Shown: positions 34,621-47,609 of the stretch, piece after piece
Position numbering within the stretch: position 1 is the stretch's first letter
Layout of the letters: each line of letters starts with the position of its first letter
Assembly (NCBI GenBank): GCA_010405405.1
Contig: MU004231.1
Coordinates: 732,153-796,152 of the forward strand
Source of the DNA: Microthyrium microscopicum
Taxonomy: Eukaryota
DNA: 64,000 nt
Direction: 5' to 3'
The notes under the pieces: model-generated
The model's database searches: none
Seen by the model: only the letters and a program-made list of their open reading frames with translations
Told to the model about the DNA's origin: nothing
Program-made: the position numbers and the translations under genes

Positions 34621-37256
34621 ATTGACCGTGAGATTGTTGTAGCTGTAGATTTGGAAGGGGAATGGCAGAAAAAGTGTGAGAATGAGAGTGCTTTTGATTT
34701 TATAGCAAAGAGCTCGTCGACCAGCGGCGAACAAGCAAAGAAATGATGGTGTCAGGAGAACACAGTAAACCAGACGTGGTGAAGACAGAGGGTGGTGGAG
34801 TGCAACAAACGACAAAAGAGTGAGCGGAAGAAGAGGCAGCTGATGATCCTGTGGAAGTTGTTGGAAATGAGAGCGGTTCGTTCCAGAGTAATTTTAAATG
34901 TCGTAGTGAGCGGCAAGTTCAACACATTGGAATGGTGAACAATAGCAAGTGAAGAAGTTGAAGAGAGAATGAATAAACAATGAATTGCCAGCAACAATCA
35001 ACAATAAACTCTGATCAACAGCAATAGGAAAAGGCTCAAAGCTCTCAGAGCGCAGGTGCACACCAGGTGGGGGAGAGAATCAACTTCAAGGAAGGAAGGA
35101 GCAATGATAAAGGAACGGAAAGAGCTCTTGGAAGAGAAGGGCAGGTGCGATGGGTGAGGGTTTGCAAATATACAGTCGCGACTGCCTTATGGGCCCAGAG
35201 ACTATGGCGATCCACTCCCATAAGAGAGAGAGAAGGAGCACGGACGAAGAGTGGCAATGGAAAAAGTCTAGAAACACAGGGAGCTTGAGCCAGACACCCC
35301 CGATTGCCAGGTTGAAACAACACACTAATATATCCAGTTTGCTAGGGATATGTCCTATCATACACTTTTGCTCAACTGTGTTCCATGTTTCTGCGCGGGT
35401 CGCTGCCGCTGCTCCCAGCATTGCGCTAGATCCGGCGTAAAGCGAGCGAATGCCATGGTCGCTTCTTGAGGTCGCAGTCGGCCATGTCTAGTGTTGTGGG
35501 ATGTTGCGATGAGCCACAATGAGTGTACCCAGCCCAAGGACAGTGGAATGGGCAAAGATTTAGAGACAACATTCGTGCAGTTGGACAGACAGATGCCAGT
35601 CACAACGGTAGCAGTTGAAACTCTGAAACACCATCTTGTTTAAGGTTCGCCTCAACGGCAGCGGCGCATGCAGCTACCCCCTGTCCCACCAATCACCGAC
35701 CCCGCTCCAGCGCCACGCTTCAACTAGCCCACCACGTCTGTCTGGGACCTGGCGTGCAAAAGGCCTTGGGGCCCGGCCTACTGGACTCCTCAAGACGTCC
35801 TCTGTTGGACCACTCCTTTAAAGAACTTCACCTCGCGCCCAGAAAACTTGATCTCGCCCTGTCAAGTTTCACAATCAAAAGAACTCTGCGCTGGTCGTTA
35901 TTGTACTTGCTTTTGGTTGTACAATCCCGCTGCGCAATTTCGCTGCCTAGGCTATCGCCATTCATCTCATCTCTGTTGTGGCAACCATCTGTAAATCCAT
36001 GCCCCCTCTCTTCACGATCAGCGCATACCTTGCCATGATTGCTATTTGCACCGCTATAGGAGCTGTGCGTTGAAACAACCCCCCAGGTCATTCAGGGCAA
36101 GCAAACCTTCCATTGGTTCTGTACCATTAGCGACGCGGCTGTTGGCCCTGACCCAGAACAAGAAATGAAGAACTAATAATGATTAAAGGACGTCCAACTA
36201 GTCATCAATTGTCCATGTTCAGGAGAAGACGGCAAGAAGTGCCGTGAGTTGCGCGTTTGCTTTTCAAGTTGATCCATTTCTGTGCAACCGTCCCACACTG
36301 GAAGCACAAACTTCACTGCCCACTTCCCAGCAAGGGGCAAATGACAGTCCCTGTTTCCGTAATTAAGGTTGCGTAGATAGATTGTTCCGTTCTTCCAAAC
36401 AGATAGGCATCTGGAAGTTATGGTAGCAAACATATCGTGACTTTTGAATCGCATGTCCACCTTTTTGTTCGGAAACGCCATACCAGGCGCCCAGCGAGAT
36501 CGTTTCCATTGTCCGATTAAAACATGTTTAGCCATCTTGGTAAACGGAACGTACAGGGGCTGCATGACTACACGGCAGAGGCTTGATCGCCTGCATGCAA
36601 GCTACAACTCGCTGACAGCCGCTGTGTAGCCATTGTATGATTGCTGTTGGGTACCAAGGAAATGCCGATGCCGAGTACTTGACTACTCCAATCTTTCTTC
36701 TAGTACACATAATAAACTCAAAGCTTCTGAGCCAGAGTGCTTTCTGGAAGTTATGGTTGTATTCCTCTAAAAAGTGTTCGAACCCAATTCTTTAATATGC
36801 CATTGGCTCTTGGAGATGTCAATGATGCCCAGGTGTTAGAGGTTGACTATAAGCAGTACTTGCATTTGATAGTTCACTTATTCTTAACACATCCACTATA
36901 GTATAGAAGCCTTATATCAAAGAATATTCCATCAGGTACCGTCACACCATTCCGAACCCTACCAAAATACAGTTTGGTCTATCTTTTGCTTCAATTTATA
37001 CTTTCATTGCGAACCCTTAGAGGGTCTTCATTGAACTAAGATTTCTAATTCTCGGCCGTTGGATTAAGCTCATCATAGTACAGTGACATTTGCAAGTCCA
37101 CGAAACTATGATTGTATCCCGAAATCTGCCTATTCCATGAGGCAGATTGATGTTGCACTTAGTGGCTTGTTTTGTAGCGCATTTAACTTTAACGTGGACA
37201 GATTAAGCTCTACATCGTTGTAGCATTAAGTCAGCCAATGAGTACTATTCTATGCT

Positions 37257-38987
37257 CTAACTATACTGATTTTGGTTAATGCTAGATGACCTTTCTCCAG
37301 AAGAATGTGAAGATGGGTCCTCAATCATCCGCTTAAGGGCTTTGCCTAGTCTCTCAATGCTCTCGCTGAGCATGTCTTCATCTTCCCAAGCGAAACATAA
37401 TCGAATGAAACGATCTTTGGCTTTGTTGGGCTCCTTTCCTCCACTTTTTGGAATTGGCACTCTACATAGCGCCTCTGTTTGAATGATAACATTCTCTTTC
37501 ATCGCTTGCTCCGCAAGATCTGTCGCGCTGATACCTTTCGGTAGGAGGGCATAAATGAAATATCCTCCAGCCACAACATCAGGTACCGATTTGTCTCCAA
37601 AAGTTTGCTCAGCCAGCTTTTGGACCTCCGCATCTGTCGACGACCTGTCATTAACGCTCGCAACACTGATGCTTTTCCAAGGCAACTGAACTCCCAAAGG
37701 TTCTAAGTGTTCCTCAATTGCTTGTACCATGGTCTTCCAACGTTTTGCATAGTCTGGTATCAATACTTCCGTGATATGTTTCTGCAGATCTCCATTTTCT
37801 AGTGACCTCGCCACAAAAACGCCCGTCAAGTTCGATGACGCCCCGCCCGATCGAATCGGACCAGCCTGTGAGAGCGCAAAAGCGAGTTTACTCGTCGCTA
37901 AGTAATATTAGCAAGCTGACTTTGGTAATAAAGCCTTTACTTAGCGCAGTCACAGTTGTACATTACCTTCAACCCATCCCGTTCGCACTCCAGGCCCGCA
38001 AATCTTGCTAAAGCTGCCATTGCTTAGCGCATTGCCAAAGCCATCTGCGCCCTTGCGCTCTGCACCACCATCAAGCACCCGATCAACATCTACTATTCGC
38101 GGAATGACAGCTCGAATTGCGCCCTTCTTTGGAACTAGTTCATAGTTTAGTACTGGCTCGCAATTCCTCGAGGGCCCGTCATACCTTCTCCCTGTGCTGG
38201 CCACCAAAGCACATCATACACATCATCACAAACAATCAACGCATCAAACTCCCTCGCCAGCCTCACAAGCTCCACGCGTGTCTTCAGCGACATACACCTC
38301 CCAGTCGGATTGCTGAATGACGGAACGCAGTAGATGATATGCTTGTATAGCTTCGCCGGCCAAGCGCGTGGCATCGGCTTGTAAACCTGTATTCCCATCA
38401 GCCAGCTGCCCATGATAACCACTGATATCATTATTCAAACTCACCGGCCCAGTCTTCCCCTCCCTCACAGCCTCGTCCTCAACTTCCCTCAGTTGTCTCC
38501 TGAAATCCGCAAAATCAATCCCATCAACTCCATCTTCCACGCTCTTCGCCTTGAGCCCTGCATCGTCAATGATCCGGCAGGCGAGGAAGTATGTTGGTTC
38601 CACAACCCAGACGGCGCGCGTATATCCCGGATCTGCACAAGTGTTTAAGATAATGCCGAGGGACTGTGACGCGCCACCAGTGGTTGATATCCGGTCTATA
38701 GGAACGGGCGAGTGTGGTGAAAAAGTTTTAGTGAGGAATGTTGATAATGCGTTCCGGAGCTCGGTAGGTCCCTTGTTAGGCGCGTATTGCAGGGCTGGCA
38801 CGAAGACTTCTGGCTCTTGGAGGACTGAGGTGGCGGCTCTGAGTAGGAGTTTGGAGGGCAGCAGTGATGGGGCTGGCCAGCCTGTTCTATGTTAGGCATT
38901 TGAAGGAATAAGGATGGTTGATACGGCAGCTGAGAGGTTCATTGAAGACTTACCTCTGAGGAGATTGATCAAGCGTGGAGAAGACAT
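37257..38987 (-). CDS. PLP-dependent class I/II aminotransferase (YER152C-like), 5 exons
   Basis: INLLR|GWPAPSLLP, TTGGASQ, VPSFSNPTG, CDDVYD, NGSFSKICGPGVRTGW (PLP Lys), FIRLCFAWE. Confidence 0.93.
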
Positions 38988-39183
38988 TGGCTGATCTAGT
39001 CTAGTTTGGATATGCTGATGCTTTATTAAAACCATGTTATTTTTGATTAAACTTTCATGTTTTGGATGTTTCTACAGAAAATTAAGCAAACGATTTGGGA
39101 TGAGATGACGTTGATATGTGGACCCATAATAGTCGAGCTGGAACCCAGGTAGGAGAGCTCTACGGTGAATATGGGAATCACTA

Positions 39184-40514
39184 TTATGGCAACATACTCC
39201 ATTTCTCCATCTGACTGCGGAAACCATATGGGTAGTAAAAACAATAGAAAATCAATTGATCTGTGGTTTGTTGAATACAAGAAGGCTCAATTTCAGGAGT
39301 GAGATGGTTATGTTGAAATGCTAATTTTAGAGTATTGTAACAACACAAAGTGAGTTCTTGACCTTTTTGAAATGTGCCAATTGTTGTTGCTTCAACCCAA
39401 AAGTCGTCAAAAAAGCTCCCATAAAGTCGCTGTTCCTGTGTCATCGTTGAGAAGAAGGGCTTTGGGTGAGAGCAGAGAAATTGACAAATGCCGCTAAGAA
39501 TTATCTTGAAGTTCGGATTTTCGTGGTAGCTGTGAGGGATAGCACCTCGAAGGATCTGTAGCATATTCTCAGGATCTAGGGCGAAGATGGCATCAGACAA
39601 GGGCTGGCTCATCTTGAAGCTTTTATAAGCCCGCTGGCTTAGCTGATGTAAGAACGACTGGACTTTGAGTAGAATGAAAACGATTGGCAAGTTTGATGGC
39701 CTTGGGAGTGATTGATAAGATAGATACATTAACGGACTTAGTGATGGCTGCGATCTTTGATGGAGACGTCGCTTGTTGTGGTTTGGCAAATAAGGTCGAG
39801 ATGTCGTTTGTGACCACACAAGCCTTCTCTGAACGAGCTGATCTAGGCTTGGGCTTCAGTTGAGAAGAGAGCCATTTTCCGCATTGCTTTCCAAAAAAAA
39901 CTCTTTGAGTAAGGTTGGTGATTCCAGTTGGCTTTGAGCCTAGTAGAGACTAATTGGAGGGTTTCCGTGAGCTTCTTTGAACGAATGAATTCATAATCAA
40001 AATCAAGTTTGTGCTGATGGTCCCCAGGGCGTCCTCCCTCAACGGCGATGACTCCCATAGACGCTCCCAGATAAAAGAGGCTGTATTTTATTGCCCACCA
40101 GAAGCGTTGGAGCTTCACATCTGTCAAGCTAAAATTTCCGATCGCGGTCAAGAACCCATCGTCTGTCTTCATAATGGGTGATGGCGGCCAGCAAGTGTGA
40201 TGGAGATTTGGCCCATTTCTTGTTATTACCCCTGAGTACCAAAACACTTGGAAATCCAACGTCAATAGAGAGCCTCTTAATCTTGAGCTTATCTTTCGGG
40301 AGCATACAAGAATGAATACGACCTGGCTTATAATATTCAAGAATTGCTTACCTGCAAATCCGGCTGTGTGCTCGCTTATAGCAAATGGTTCTAAGTAGCA
40401 GTCCACGGCAACTTGCATGGCGTAGGGTAAGTGCTCCAGAACGACATTAGCAATGTTGATATTATCATACTTACCTGAGTAGATATGATCAGTAGGATAG
40501 TCATCTCTGTACAT
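39184..40514 (-). other. One or two hypothetical/decaying orphan ORFs
   Basis: Tandem 223- and 211-codon ORFs with no recognisable motif. A possible intron lies near 40250-40320. Confidence 0.35.
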
Positions 40515-41261
40515 CAGTATCGTTCTGCGTAATATTCATTGCGGTCACCTGTTTCAGCTGCATGAATCGATTAATCAGCCTTGTTGCTTCATTCAGTAGG
40601 TCCCTCCTCTTCCATCTATCTTTCTTGATTAGCTCCTTCACTTCATTCAAACTGATATCTTTTATGCTGTCTACAAGATTTTATCGACTCTCCGCATGCA
40701 TCATAGGCAATCAATAGCTCCATGAAGTTCCGAGCATCTAGTCTTTGAGAGTCTTCTTGGAAACAGAAATTACTCACTATCAACAACGTCCGCGGCCATA
40801 CATACCTAGCAATCGTCCTTCCTCTTGATTTCGCCCCACCTCTGTCTCATACTTTCAATATAAACAGCTCTTTCGTACCTCATGGTCGTTTGAGCCTCAA
40901 CCGCTTAGCAACAAGCCCTAGAGCAACTTCCTCAGAATCTCAAGGCTCACAGACCGCTTCACATCGTGAGGCAGTTGCCATCGACTAGCCCAGCCCGCTG
41001 GTGCCTTCCATTGCTCCTTCTAAAAGCAGTTGCTCTGGACAACCCGCCTCACGCACTGAAAACCCGACACCTTTTTAAATCTTTGTCGTGTCCTCAACTT
41101 CTTCCTCCTCCCACCACCTTTGCGCAATCTTCTTCATCCTCTTCCTATCAAATTTGCGCCTTTCCATCAACTTTACTAGAGCTGAAGCCTTCTGCTCGCC
41201 TTTATTTAGTTCTCTCTACTACCTAAAGCTCTTTCAACCACTTCTTCCAACTCACTTCAGG

Positions 41262-43098
41262 ATGTCTGAGTGGGACACTCCAACAAATGGCGCTGCTGCA
41301 ACAGATGATGCTTGGGGCACCGCCACCAATGGAACCCCCGACATCATGGCCCAAGGCGATGATTTTGGCGCTCCTATCAATGCCAATGATGCCGCAGGAT
41401 TCGACTTCGACGGCGAAGGCGCTACCAATGGTGAAGAGAAGCCCGCCGCTCCGATCGTCATCAACCCACGCGGAGCCTTCGAATTCGACTTCAAGACTTT
41501 TGGAGTAGTCATTCCAGAGATGACTGACGAGGAAGCATGGCACGCGATGAAAGTTGCTGACGACAATCGTGATGTCCTTGGCCTCAAGGCTGTGAGTGTT
41601 CAAACACCGTCGGTTATTTTCGTTGCTAATGTCATAAGCATCTCATTGCCTACGCAAAGGCTCTCCACAACCAAGGTGTCGCCCTCAACCCCGCCGATGT
41701 GGCCGCGAGCATGAAGGGAGACAAGTTCAACCTCCACCTTGTCGCTATCGTATGCCAAAAGACTGCCTGTGTTCAATGAAGTGCCTGCTAATAATGTTAT
41801 TCAGGATCGCCCACTAGGCGCTCGCTATTGCCCAATCGGCTTGCAAGGTCAACAAGGCCTCAAGTATACCTTGACCATTCAACAGGGTCCCAATCCACCA
41901 AACAACAAGATGCATTCTCACTGGCCGACCTCTGAGGGACAGAACATGGAATGGCTCGCCTTGTCCGGATACACTGTTGAGTCAGACGCATTAGTTTGTC
42001 ATAATTGTGGTGGTACTGAAGTCATGCATTCTAGTGTCTGGACAGTTCGCTAACTTATATCTCTTAGGTGTGGGCCATGGCCGCTCCGGTTGCCCTGAGC
42101 CAGTTGAGGAGCGCGTTGCGCTGGTAGCATCTTGTGTTCACTGCTCTGGAGAGCACTTCAGTCGCTATTGCACGGAGCCTCGAGTTGAGCGAGGAGGCTC
42201 GGCCAAGACGTGCAAAATCTGCGAGAGTCCAGACCACCTTGCGTCTGAATGCCCCGATAAGCCAGTTCGTGACAACCGCTGCTTTAACTGTGGCGAAGGA
42301 AAGTATCTCGTGTCCTTCTCTTGAAACCCACTGACTTATCTAGATGGTCATTCCAAGGCCGATTGCACGAACGAGCGCGTCATGATCTGTAGAACCTGCA
42401 ACCAGACTGGACACATGGCGAGACAGTGCCCCGAGGGCGGTGACAATGAGGGCGGCGACAATGATGGCCGAGATGATCGCGGTCCAATGGTCTGTCATAA
42501 CTGCAGCCAAGGTTCTTCAACACTATACAGTGGTTAGCATCATTGACTAATCAGATGTAGAGGGACACAAAGCATCAGACTGTACAGAGCCGCGAGCAAT
42601 TACTTGTCGCAAGTGCGGCGGTGAGTTTTATCGTAACTATCCTTGATACAAATACTCACACTAGACAGAGGTGGGACACATGGCTCGCGAATGCACCAAC
42701 ACCGAGGTTGCTGATCGCGCTGTAACGTGCAAAAATTGTGATGCCGAAGGTAATACTCCATTTCTTTCATGTTTGCTACGGGATGCTAACATAATCGTAG
42801 GTCATTCCGCTCGCGATTGCACCAAGCCGCGCGATTGGTCTCGCGTAAAATGCAGCAATTGTGATCGCACAGGTCATACTGCTAGTGAGTGGATCTGCAA
42901 AAAGTGAATGTTAACTTGTACTAACCTAGCATATCAGTCCGTTGCCGTGCTCCAAAGAAAGTTGTCGCTCCAGTCGCTGAGGTCAATGACCTGTCTATCG
43001 CTGGGGATGCGAATGGAGACTTTGGTGGAAACACCAACGGTGGCTTCGACGAGTTTGACAGCTCTGCGAACCCGGCTCCAGCGGTCAGCGATTGGTAG
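41262..43098 (+). CDS. Multi-CCHC zinc-knuckle protein (CnjB-like fungal family), 9 knuckles, 9 exons
   Basis: Spliced CHNC..GH, CVHC, CKIC, CFNC, CRTC, CHNC, CRKC, CKNC and CSNC knuckles. N-terminal EEAW...WP..E.QN.E.L region. Confidence 0.9.
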
Positions 43099-43597
43099 AG
43101 GATTCCGGTTCACCTTCATTCCTTCGGGTTTTGTGTTTTGAAATTGTGATTACTTCGATCTTCGATCGATTGGGGACAGTGGAAACTTGACTATCGATGA
43201 CTTGGTCTTGTTGCAATGCTTGACTCATGGCGGGCAATTTTCGACTTTGCCTTGCAGAATTGTGTTGCTCAGGGATAGAAAGGCTGAGAGCATCGGTGCT
43301 TATCGAAATTGGGATCACAAAGATGTGTGGCGATTATGTGCGGTAAACCAGGACTACCAGATAGATAGTTCATAATGAAAAAAAGTAGTTGCTTCGATTC
43401 TTCCGCTCCAATTCTGGCATTGTGCATCAAATGGACAGGTCCATGATAGATTTAGTCTCCATGGGAGCCAGGAGTTCTTGTTTGAGTTTGGTGACCGAGT
43501 CTCGAATATGAGAATGAAACTACATTATTTCGAGTGCATGGACTATGTACAGTGATAGAGTTACAAGGGCCATACCGCGTTTCTTTTGATTGAGAAT

Positions 43598-44418
43598 CTA
43601 TGATTGTGGTTGTCGTTCGAAATATGACCATTGACCTTCGGGTGCTTTTTCTGTCAAATCTTCCCATCTACACGGCGGTTAGCAGAGCACTCCAAAGGAT
43701 CTATCAGCATTACTGACACTTTGTTTTCTATCATTGTGTCGACAAGCTTGTTCTCGCCTTCAGCAACCTGAATAACCTCTTCAATAAGCCCTGCACCGAT
43801 CTTCTCCTCAAGCTCTTCGATTCTATAGCAAAGGTCAGTATCGGTTTCTGTGACGCAGTATCCACGGTCAACTTGCTGTGACACCGTCAACAACGGTTCC
43901 TGCTCCACAGTAGTATGCCTCTGCTGCTCCAGTTCATTCTTAACCTGAAACGCCTTCAAATCTCGATCCGCATCCTCCTGCGACTGCGGCCCAAAACTCC
44001 GACTCCACAAAATCTCTCCATCCCATTCCAACTTTCGCAAATCAACCGGCGGCTCCCACATCTTCGCTGGCACAAATGTCCGTCCCTTGTACTGGAAAAG
44101 CTTTGCCCGTTGCTCCTCGCTCATATTGCCCGTGAGCTCCGCAAGCTCGTGCGCCATCCGTGATTCCCAACGGTCAAAGCCAGCTGGTCTGACAGCTTCT
44201 ACGATGGCCAGACGTTTGTTGGTAAGTGCGGCGGTCGCTTGGCGGTATATGCTGTGCTCTGGGACTTGTTCGAGCTTGGAGAGGATGCTGCTGTAGAGAA
44301 AGATGAGGGTTGAGCGTGGGGATGGGTGGGTTGCTAGGCCGGTGAGTCCGGTGGGTGTGCCAGGCTCTAGGGTGCGTGCTGAGCGCACGGCGGCGAGCAG
44401 ACGAGTTGCTGGCCGCAT
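43598..44418 (-). CDS. NDUFA5: NADH:ubiquinone oxidoreductase subunit A5 (29.9-kDa subunit), 3 exons
   Basis: PTGLTGLATHPSPRSTL..LY...L.KL...PE.S.YRQ, IEELEEKIGAGLIEEVI..AE.E, WEDL.E.AP.GQWSYF. Confidence 0.95.
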
Positions 44419-44800
44419 TGTATGTGGTTTGGATGCTCAATTGACCAAGGAGATGGTGCAATGGGGTGAATTGAGCTGATATGGCTGGTGTATAGAAAGT
44501 TGGTGATAGCAGTGGTGGTTGGAGGCAATTGACAGGGGTGGGGCTTGGCACTTCCTTATGGAATATGGACAGGCAAAATCAATGGCATCTTGATGCTTCC
44601 ATCAGCGTCGCCGGCTCCCATCAACGCTACGCAAGGAAAGAGGCTGTATTTCTAATTACAGTTGATGAACAGTCAAGAAAGTAGCACCAGCTTTGGAAAA
44701 TAAAGCGCTCGATAATACCAAGCAGCATATGGGAGCCACCGAGGCTGATAGAGCGCGCCATTCATTCTGTCCATCTATTGATTCCCGTACAGTCATATGT

Positions 44801-45030
44801 CTACCATAAGCTGTGCTTTACTATCAAGTGCTTTGCTGCCCATCACATGCCTGAAAATTCAGATCTTCATCGAATGCACTGGGAGTCAAAGCATGTTCTA
44901 GTTATAAAGTGCCATTCCTGCCATATGCTACGCTTTACCACCAAGTGCTTTATTCACCATCAAATGCTTAAAGTTACAGACATCACCTGGAATGTAAACG
45001 GATTTAAAGCAAGCTATCTTATAAAATGTG
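44801..45030. repeat. Diverged 117-bp tandem duplication in the divergent intergenic region
   Basis: ctaccataagctgtgctttactatcaagtgcttt... (44801) vs ctgccatatgctacgctttaccaccaagtgcttt... (44918). Both end ...ttataaa(g/a)tg. Confidence 0.8.
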
Positions 45031-45397
45031 GTGGTTGATTTCGTAGTTGATATAGGCATGAGCATAAGGCTTGGCGCGGTTGGACGAGTGAGGTTGTGGC
45101 TTCCCCTGCATCCCCAGACGCTACCAAAACTCGCGGTTTGGAGACGTGGTGCTTACTACTTTCCATCATCGCCTGTTTATTATTTACCCTCCTCCTATCT
45201 ATCTATCTGTACGACTTGAACTTCTCCCACCCGGCTTTCATCGGCTTCTTGTCTTCGTTTCTGCGAGCGTTCTCTCGCCTCCATATCTGACTCGTATGAC
45301 CGTCTGCGCCAATATCTAGGGCCGCCCCGTGAGGCAACGACCTCCCCTTTTTGATTCCCCGCTCTCCTCCCTCTTTTCCACATATACACACGCAGTA

Positions 45398-47609
45398 ATG
45401 AGGTTGTCATGGCTGCTATCGCTGGCAGTCCTGGCAGCGCCCTTATGGGCCGCTACAGTCGAAGCCCCAGCTGAATCGCCTGAGGATGCCTCGACAAAGT
45501 TCAACGGCATAGAAGTTCCTGCCATGAAGCAGCTAAGGGGTGATCAAGTGGATGAGACGATAGCCAGCGGGCATTGGTATGAAGACACTACGACATATGG
45601 AAGGTGACATGAACTAACAGAGTCTTACAGGCTTGTCGAATACTACTCCCCATACTGCGGTCACTGCCAAGCTCTGGCACCAATACTACAGACGTTATAC
45701 GAATACTACTATACCAGCAAGCCTGTAGGAGCTCCTTCATCTTCCACCGACGAAGGTCTCAATTCGTTCTCTGGCTTTTACAAATTCAAATTCGCAAAGT
45801 TAGATTGTGTGGCGTTTGCAGACGGATGCGTTAGCCACAAGGTTGAAAGTTGGCCCACGCTTGCATTTTACAAGGACGGAAAAGAAGTCAAGAGATCAGT
45901 TGGTACCAAGCAGTTACCAGAGCTCAGCAAATGGCTGGAGGAAATTCTGGAATCCATCAAGCCAGGGTCTCGTCTTCCCGAAGGACCAATATTACCCAAA
46001 GTTGGTGATCACGAGGCACCAGCTGGCGCAAAGACCGTCAACCCCGACCAAAAGGATAAAGATCCCGCTGCTGGCAAAGCTGCTGGTAGTAAACACAATT
46101 CTATTGCTGCTGCGACTGCCACAGGCGCTCCGAAAGTGGTCGACAAGAACAAGCCTGTGCCAAATCCACAGGGTACTTCGACTCACCTCACCCAAGAAAG
46201 CTTCCAGAGACTTGTCACCACTACTCGCGATCCTTGGTTCGTCAAGTTCTACGCTCCATGGTGCCATCACTGTCAGGCTATGGGACCAAACTGGATGGAA
46301 ATGTCTCGCGAAATGAAGGGCAGCTTGAATATTGGCGAGGTCAATTGCGATTTAGAAAAGAGATTATGCAAGGATGCTAAAGTAAAGGGTTTCCCAACTC
46401 TTCTCTTCTTCCGTGGAGGTGAACGAGTGGAGTACAATGGGCTCCGTGGCGTTGGCGATCTCATCGGCTTCGCGAAAAAGGCTATTGACGTTGGTATGGG
46501 GGTTGATGACGTTGATAACGCACAATTCAAGAAACTGGAAGAAACGGAAGAAGTCATATTCACATACTTCTACGACCATGCTACCACAAGCGAGGATTTC
46601 GCTGCTCTTCAGCATCTCACCCTCTCCTTGATTGGCCATGGAAAGCTCGTCAAGACTAACGACCCCAAACTCGCTGAACGATACAAAATCTCTACCTGGC
46701 CTCGCCTCGTGGTCAGTCGCGATGGCAAGCCCAGCTATTACCCTTATCTGGCACCCAAAGATATGCGCGACTACCGTCAAATTCTCACTTGGATGAAGAC
46801 CGTCTGGCAACCACTTGTCCCAGAATTGACTGCATCTAATGCGCGCGAAATCATGTCGAATAGTATCGTCGTTCTTGGTGTGCTATCGCGTGCGCGCTCC
46901 GACGAGTTTATCATTGCACGGCGCGAGATGAAGAGCGCAGCCATAGAATGGATTGACCGCGAAACACATCTCCGCCAATTAGAGCGCCAGGAACTTCGTG
47001 ACGCAAAGCAACTACGCATTGAAGAGGCAGAAGACCGTGGTGACGATCGAGCTAAGAGTCGCGCACGCGGAACGCGCATTTTCCTCGAACCCAAGCCAGA
47101 AGTCAAATTCGCCTGGGTCGACGGCATTTTCTGGCAACGGTGGATTAAGACTACATATGGCGTAGATGTTGCTGATGGTGAAAAGGTAGTCATTATCGAC
47201 GAAGATGTAAGTTTTATGAATTCACTCCTTTTAAACTCACACACGAGTTTATCACGACGACGAATACTAACATATCCATCAGAACAAGCGCTACTGGGAC
47301 ACAACCATGACTGGAAACCCCATCGTACCCAGTCGCACAAGTATTCTTGAAACCATTCCTCGCGTGCTCGCAAACCCACCCAAAATTCCACCAAAATCAA
47401 GCGCCTCCACCATCGGCACAGTATTCTATCGCGTGCGCTCCACCTGGCGCCAGCACCCGTGGTTCAGCACGCTCTTACTCGTCGGCTTCCTCATCGGCAG
47501 CTATGTTATCGCACGGCGTTTCCGCCGACGGCCCTTTGGCAGCGGAGGCTGGATCAACCTGGACGGCGAAAAGGGAGCATTTGGCAATGGCGCATCCAAG
47601 GTCGATTAA
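45398..47609 (+). CDS. ER membrane protein-disulfide-isomerase-family protein (Eps1-like), 3 exons
   Basis: Signal peptide, thioredoxin motifs YYSPYCGHC and FYAPWCHHC, C-terminal TM helix, tail ending SKVD. Confidence 0.92.
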
